A stretch of DNA of 64,000 bases from Candidatus Latescibacterota bacterium (lineage in GTDB: Bacteria; Latescibacterota; CBDEFO01). The notes under the pieces were generated by a model. It saw only the letters and a program-made list of their open reading frames with translations. It did not search any database and had not been told where the DNA came from. The stretch spans positions 736,001-800,000 of the forward strand of contig CBDEFO010000007.1 of the NCBI GenBank assembly GCA_965237525.1, given 5' to 3'. Each line of letters opens with the position of its first letter. Position 1 is the stretch's first letter. Positions 60,593 through 64,000 of the stretch are shown here, in pieces. The position numbers and the translations under genes were made by a program.

Positions 60593-61534
60593 CTACGCCC
60601 TTAACGCTGGGCCTAATACTGATTCCTCCCTTCGGCTGTAGAGAACCTTAATCGGTTTGAGAGAGTCCGAATCTCTATCGAAAGCGCCTATTCCGATAAG
60701 TTTTCCACGCCTATCTTCCACTCTTATTCTTTCCAGATTCGTATTTTTCTGCGAATATGTCACGGGAACTCCATTGCAGAAGCGGAAGACATCTTCCACT
60801 GCAAGCGTCAGGACCGGCATATGCTGTAAGGCTCCGCTTATACTTATGATCCGCTCTCCAATCCTACCTTTCTTTGCGTATTCCTCGATCTGTTCCATCC
60901 TCATTGCGTCCTTTAAGTGGAAGGGGCCTGACCTGATCCTCTTTAAAGATGCTACGTAGGCGCCAGTTCCCAATTCTTCGCCTATATCGTTTACAAGCGA
61001 CCTTATGTAAGTCCCCCTAGAACATACAACATTCAAGGTCAAATGTGGTGGTTCGTAGCTCTCGGTGTGGATCGAATCGATCCTGACTCTCCTTACTTGT
61101 GCTTCTACCTTTTCTCCTCTCCTTGCCGACTTGTAGAGCCTTTCACCCTTCACCTTAAGGGCCGAAAATGCGGGAGGAACCTGCTCTATATCACCCTTGA
61201 ATTTCCTACAAACTTTTTCTATATCCTGCAAGTCCACCCGTATATGCTGAATACTATCTATTATCTTGCCCTCTGAGTCAAACGTGTCAGTGGATTTGCC
61301 TATCACAGCGACTACTGAGTATTCCTTATTTTCCTCCGGGAGAAACTGGATTATCTTAGTGGCTTTTCCGAGGCATACAACCAAAACGCCGGTAGCTATA
61401 GGGTCTAAAGTTCCCGTGTGTCCTACCTTCCTGATTTTAAAGATATCCCTTATCTGATCTACGACGTCGTGCGAAGTTGGACCGGCCATTTTGTGTACTA
61501 TTAATATTCCATCAATGCTTTCCTCCAAAATCAT
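60593..61534 (-). CDS. truB: tRNA pseudouridine(55) synthase
   Basis: TSHDVV, KVGHTGTLDPIATGVL, QVPPAFSA, CSRGTYIRSL. Confidence 0.96.
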   Translation of the reverse strand: MILEESIDGILIVHKMAGPTSHDVVDQIRDIFKIRKVGHTGTLDPIATGVLVVCLGKATKIIQFLPEENKEYSVVAVIGKSTDTFDSEGKIIDSIQHIRVDLQDIEKVCRKFKGDIEQVPPAFSALKVKGERLYKSARRGEKVEAQVRRVRIDSIHTESYEPPHLTLNVVCSRGTYIRSLVNDIGEELGTGAYVASLKRIRSGPFHLKDAMRMEQIEEYAKKGRIGERIISISGALQHMPVLTLAVEDVFRFCNGVPVTYSQKNTNLERIRVEDRRGKLIGIGAFDRDSDSLKPIKVLYSRREESVLGPALRA

Positions 61535-61549
61535 ATCTCCCGCAAAAAT

Positions 61550-61662
61550 GGTAGACAGCAGCCCTTAGCTGGAATACAGGGCTGACTCCTAAGCGGCCAA
61601 TTGTGAACGGCAAGCAACACCCATTAACAGTGCGGGAACGGATGCTCTGGCTACCGTCTACT
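61550..61662 (-). ncRNA. Candidate multi-stem structured RNA between rbfA and truB (unclassified)
   Basis: Closing stem gtagacggtagcc/ggctgctgtctac plus three inner hairpins; G-U pairs work on the minus strand. Confidence 0.5.
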
Positions 61663-61670
61663 GAATTTTG

Positions 61671-62006
61671 TCATATCTCTCTCAGAATCTTATCTATCCT
61701 TGTCCCGCTTTCTATTGAGATGTCATGATGGAACGTAAGTTCCGGAACGTGCCTTAGCCTTATCCTCCCGCCCAGTTCTGCCCTGATAAAGCCCGATGCC
61801 TTTTTCAATATGCTCAGATGCTCATCTATATCCTTGCCGTCCATGAGGCTTATATAGATCTTAGCCTGACTCAGATCGTTCGAGACCTTGACATCTGTCA
61901 CAGTTATGAACCCTATTCTCGGGTCCTTCAACTTGTTGAGTATTATATCGCTAAGTTCTCTCAAAAGAGCAGCGTTAATAGTGTCACGTCTGTAATTCAC
62001 TTTCAC
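61671..62006 (-). CDS. rbfA: Ribosome-binding factor A
   Basis: KDPRIGFITVTDV..DL..AKIY, LRHVPELTF. Confidence 0.95.
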   Translation of the reverse strand: MKVNYRRDTINAALLRELSDIILNKLKDPRIGFITVTDVKVSNDLSQAKIYISLMDGKDIDEHLSILKKASGFIRAELGGRIRLRHVPELTFHHDISIESGTRIDKILREI

Positions 62007-62293
62007 TTCACCTCAAAGTTATAATCTAAAAACTCCACCTGGGTCTCCCTTTCAATATCCCTTATCACCTTGGAGAGGACCTCGTTCGCATTGTTAGTCT
62101 CGTTAGCTGCCACAGCAAAGCCTACAACAGATCTTTGCCAGAGATCGTGCCCATCCATCGCGGCAACAGTTATGTTAAACTTGTTTCTAAGTCTAGTTGT
62201 CAGACTCTTCAGAAGATGTCTTTTAGTTTTGCGCGAGCTGCTCTCCGGGAAAAATATATCTGCTGTGCACGAAACTATTGTCATGGATCCCAA
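62003..62293 (-). CDS. DUF503 (YlxP) family protein
   Basis: KTKRHLLKSL..RLRNKFN..DLWQR; conserved position between infB and rbfA. Confidence 0.85.
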   Translation of the reverse strand: MGSMTIVSCTADIFFPESSSRKTKRHLLKSLTTRLRNKFNITVAAMDGHDLWQRSVVGFAVAANETNNANEVLSKVIRDIERETQVEFLDYNFEVK

Positions 62294-62295
62294 GC

Positions 62296-64000
62296 CTATA
62301 GGCTCCTTGCAACCTCCACTACCTCATAGGCCTCTATAACATCGCCTGCCTTTATATCGTTGTAGCCCTCTATCGCCATGCCGCACTCGTAACCTGACGC
62401 CACCTCTCTGGCGTCGTCCTTAAACCTCTTGAGAGAGCTAAGCTTGCTTTCATATACCGTGACACCATCCCTTATTAACCGCACGGCAGAGCCCCTTTTG
62501 ATCGTTCCTGAACTTACGAAGCAGCCGGCTATCGTCCCTACTTTAGATACGTTGAAGATCTGGCGCACCTCTGCTGCCCCTATTATCTCCTCAGTCAAGT
62601 CGGGCGATAGGAGCCCCAGCAAAGCTGCTTTGACATCTTCTAACGCCTCGTAGATAACTCTGTAGGACCTTATGTCCACCTTCTCCTGTGCTGCAAGTTC
62701 CCTGGCTCTGGGCTCTGGCCTGACGTGAAAACCGATAATTATGGCCTCAGACGCAGAGGCTAAAAGAGTGTCCGACTCCGTTATCGCTCCTACGCCCTTA
62801 TGTATAATATTCACCCTTACTTCCTCTTGTCCATCCTTATCCCCCCCTAATTGCACCAGAGATTCACATAGAGCCTCCACTGAACCATCTACGTCCCCTT
62901 TGACGATAAGGTTCAGATCTTTGACCTGTCCCTCCTGGATCCGTCCGTGTATATCACCCAGGCCTATTTTCCTGATTTTCCTGTAATCCTGCTCCCTCTT
63001 AAGTTGCTGTCGCTTCCGGCTTATTTCTCTGGTTTCTCTTTCGGAGGAGAGCACCGCAAAGGAGTCGCCTGCCTGGGGCATTCCATCTACCCTGAAGATT
63101 TGAACGGGCACAGATGGTCCGGCCTTTTCGACTCGGCGCCCACGTTCATCCATCATCGCCCTTACGGATCCGCTGTAAATACCTGTTACAAATGTATCTC
63201 CAACGTCCAGTATCCCAGACTGGACGAGTACAGTAGCAACAGGTCCCTTTCCCGGGTCCAATTTGGATTCGATTATCGTCCCTTTAGCTTTCTTATCAGG
63301 ATCAGCCGTAAGTTCCAGTACTTCAGCCTCCAGCACAAGGGTTTCCAAGAGCTTATCCACATTCTCTCCCGTTTTGGCTGAAATCTGGATGCAGCTTATC
63401 TTCCCACCCCAGTCTTCGACTAACACCCCGTGCTCGGATAGTTGTCTCTTTATCTTTTCAGGGTCGGCCTGCGGGCGGTCAATCTTGTTTATGGCCACTA
63501 CAATTGGAACTTCAGCTGCTCTTGCGTGGTCTATAGCTTCTATCGTCTGAGGCATCACGTCATCGTCGGCTGCCACTACAAGTACTACGATGTCTGTTAT
63601 CTTTGCGCCTCGTGCCCTCATTGCCGTGAAGGCCTCGTGCCCCGGTGTATCCAGAAATGTTACCTTGTTTCCATCTTCTAATTCCACCTCGTGCGCACCA
63701 ATGTGCTGAGTTATACCTCCTACTTCACCCGCTATTACATTACTCTTTCTTATATTGTCCAGAAGTGAGGTTTTGCCGTGATCTACGTGTCCCATAATAG
63801 TCACAACCGGCGGTCTGGGAGCTAATCTCTCTTCCTCCTCTATTTCCTCTTCTAATATATCTTCTCCATATTCTGATAGAGGCTCGACCTCAAAATCGAA
63901 CTCGTCCGCTAACATTACTATAGTGTCCATATCCAAACGCTGATTTATGGTCACCATTAACCCCATGCTCAAGGATTTGGATATAACGTCCGTCGGCTTT
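62296..64000 (-). CDS. infB: Translation initiation factor IF-2, 5'-partial
   Basis: [37 protein letters not shown]. Confidence 0.97.
   Translation of the reverse strand, partial: KPTDVISKSLSMGLMVTINQRLDMDTIVMLADEFDFEVEPLSEYGEDILEEEIEEEERLAPRPPVVTIMGHVDHGKTSLLDNIRKSNVIAGEVGGITQHIGAHEVELEDGNKVTFLDTPGHEAFTAMRARGAKITDIVVLVVAADDDVMPQTIEAIDHARAAEVPIVVAINKIDRPQADPEKIKRQLSEHGVLVEDWGGKISCIQISAKTGENVDKLLETLVLEAEVLELTADPDKKAKGTIIESKLDPGKGPVATVLVQSGILDVGDTFVTGIYSGSVRAMMDERGRRVEKAGPSVPVQIFRVDGMPQAGDSFAVLSSERETREISRKRQQLKREQDYRKIRKIGLGDIHGRIQEGQVKDLNLIVKGDVDGSVEALCESLVQLGGDKDGQEEVRVNIIHKGVGAITESDTLLASASEAIIIGFHVRPEPRARELAAQEKVDIRSYRVIYEALEDVKAALLGLLSPDLTEEIIGAAEVRQIFNVSKVGTIAGCFVSSGTIKRGSAVRLIRDGVTVYESKLSSLKRFKDDAREVASGYECGMAIEGYNDIKAGDVIEAYEVVEVARSL

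Noticed and set aside
61550..61662. Retron msr-msd interpretation of the terminal inverted repeats
   Set aside because: No reverse transcriptase gene in the window
935..63681. Numerous short antisense or overlapping ORFs in the six-frame track
   Set aside because: They shadow well-supported genes and have no recognisable motifs
1..64000. CRISPR array, tRNA or rRNA genes
   Set aside because: No regularly spaced repeat-spacer series or canonical tRNA/rRNA motifs seen; the repeats found are dispersed palindromes

Overview
Chromosomal segment of a diderm, LPS-producing bacterium (kdsA, kdsB, Wza/Wzc). The protein style suggests an FCB-group candidate lineage, but that is only inference. 1-27.4 kb is a large Wzx/Wzy-type polysaccharide/glycan locus: wza, a wzc with an unusual C-terminal TM + double SPOR tail, wzy-like, wzx, many glycosyltransferases, methyltransferases, two DegT aminotransferases, WbqC, PIG-L, a PHP-fold protein, a PqqD + HprK-like kinase pair and wecA. 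Composite REP-like palindromes and a tiny IS200/IS605-like remnant lie between these genes. 27.4-51.8 kb is housekeeping: sigma54-driven hsp20, Fe/B12 ABC genes, MEMO, nikR, folBK, panBC, purN, yqgF, mltG, pcrA, gatC, kdsB-pyrG-kdsA and ECF sigma/anti-sigma. At 52553-52580 there is a near-perfect XerCD dif site, where gene orientation and G/C skew flip, so this window contains the replication terminus. The minus-strand remainder is an HTH-coiled-coil gene, leuS, pnp, rpsO, an IS element, ribF, truB, rbfA, DUF503 and infB (partial). Candidate structured RNAs lie at about 31080-31230 and 61550-61662. Five genes carry single-base frameshifts that may be sequencing errors. No tRNA, rRNA or CRISPR array was seen.
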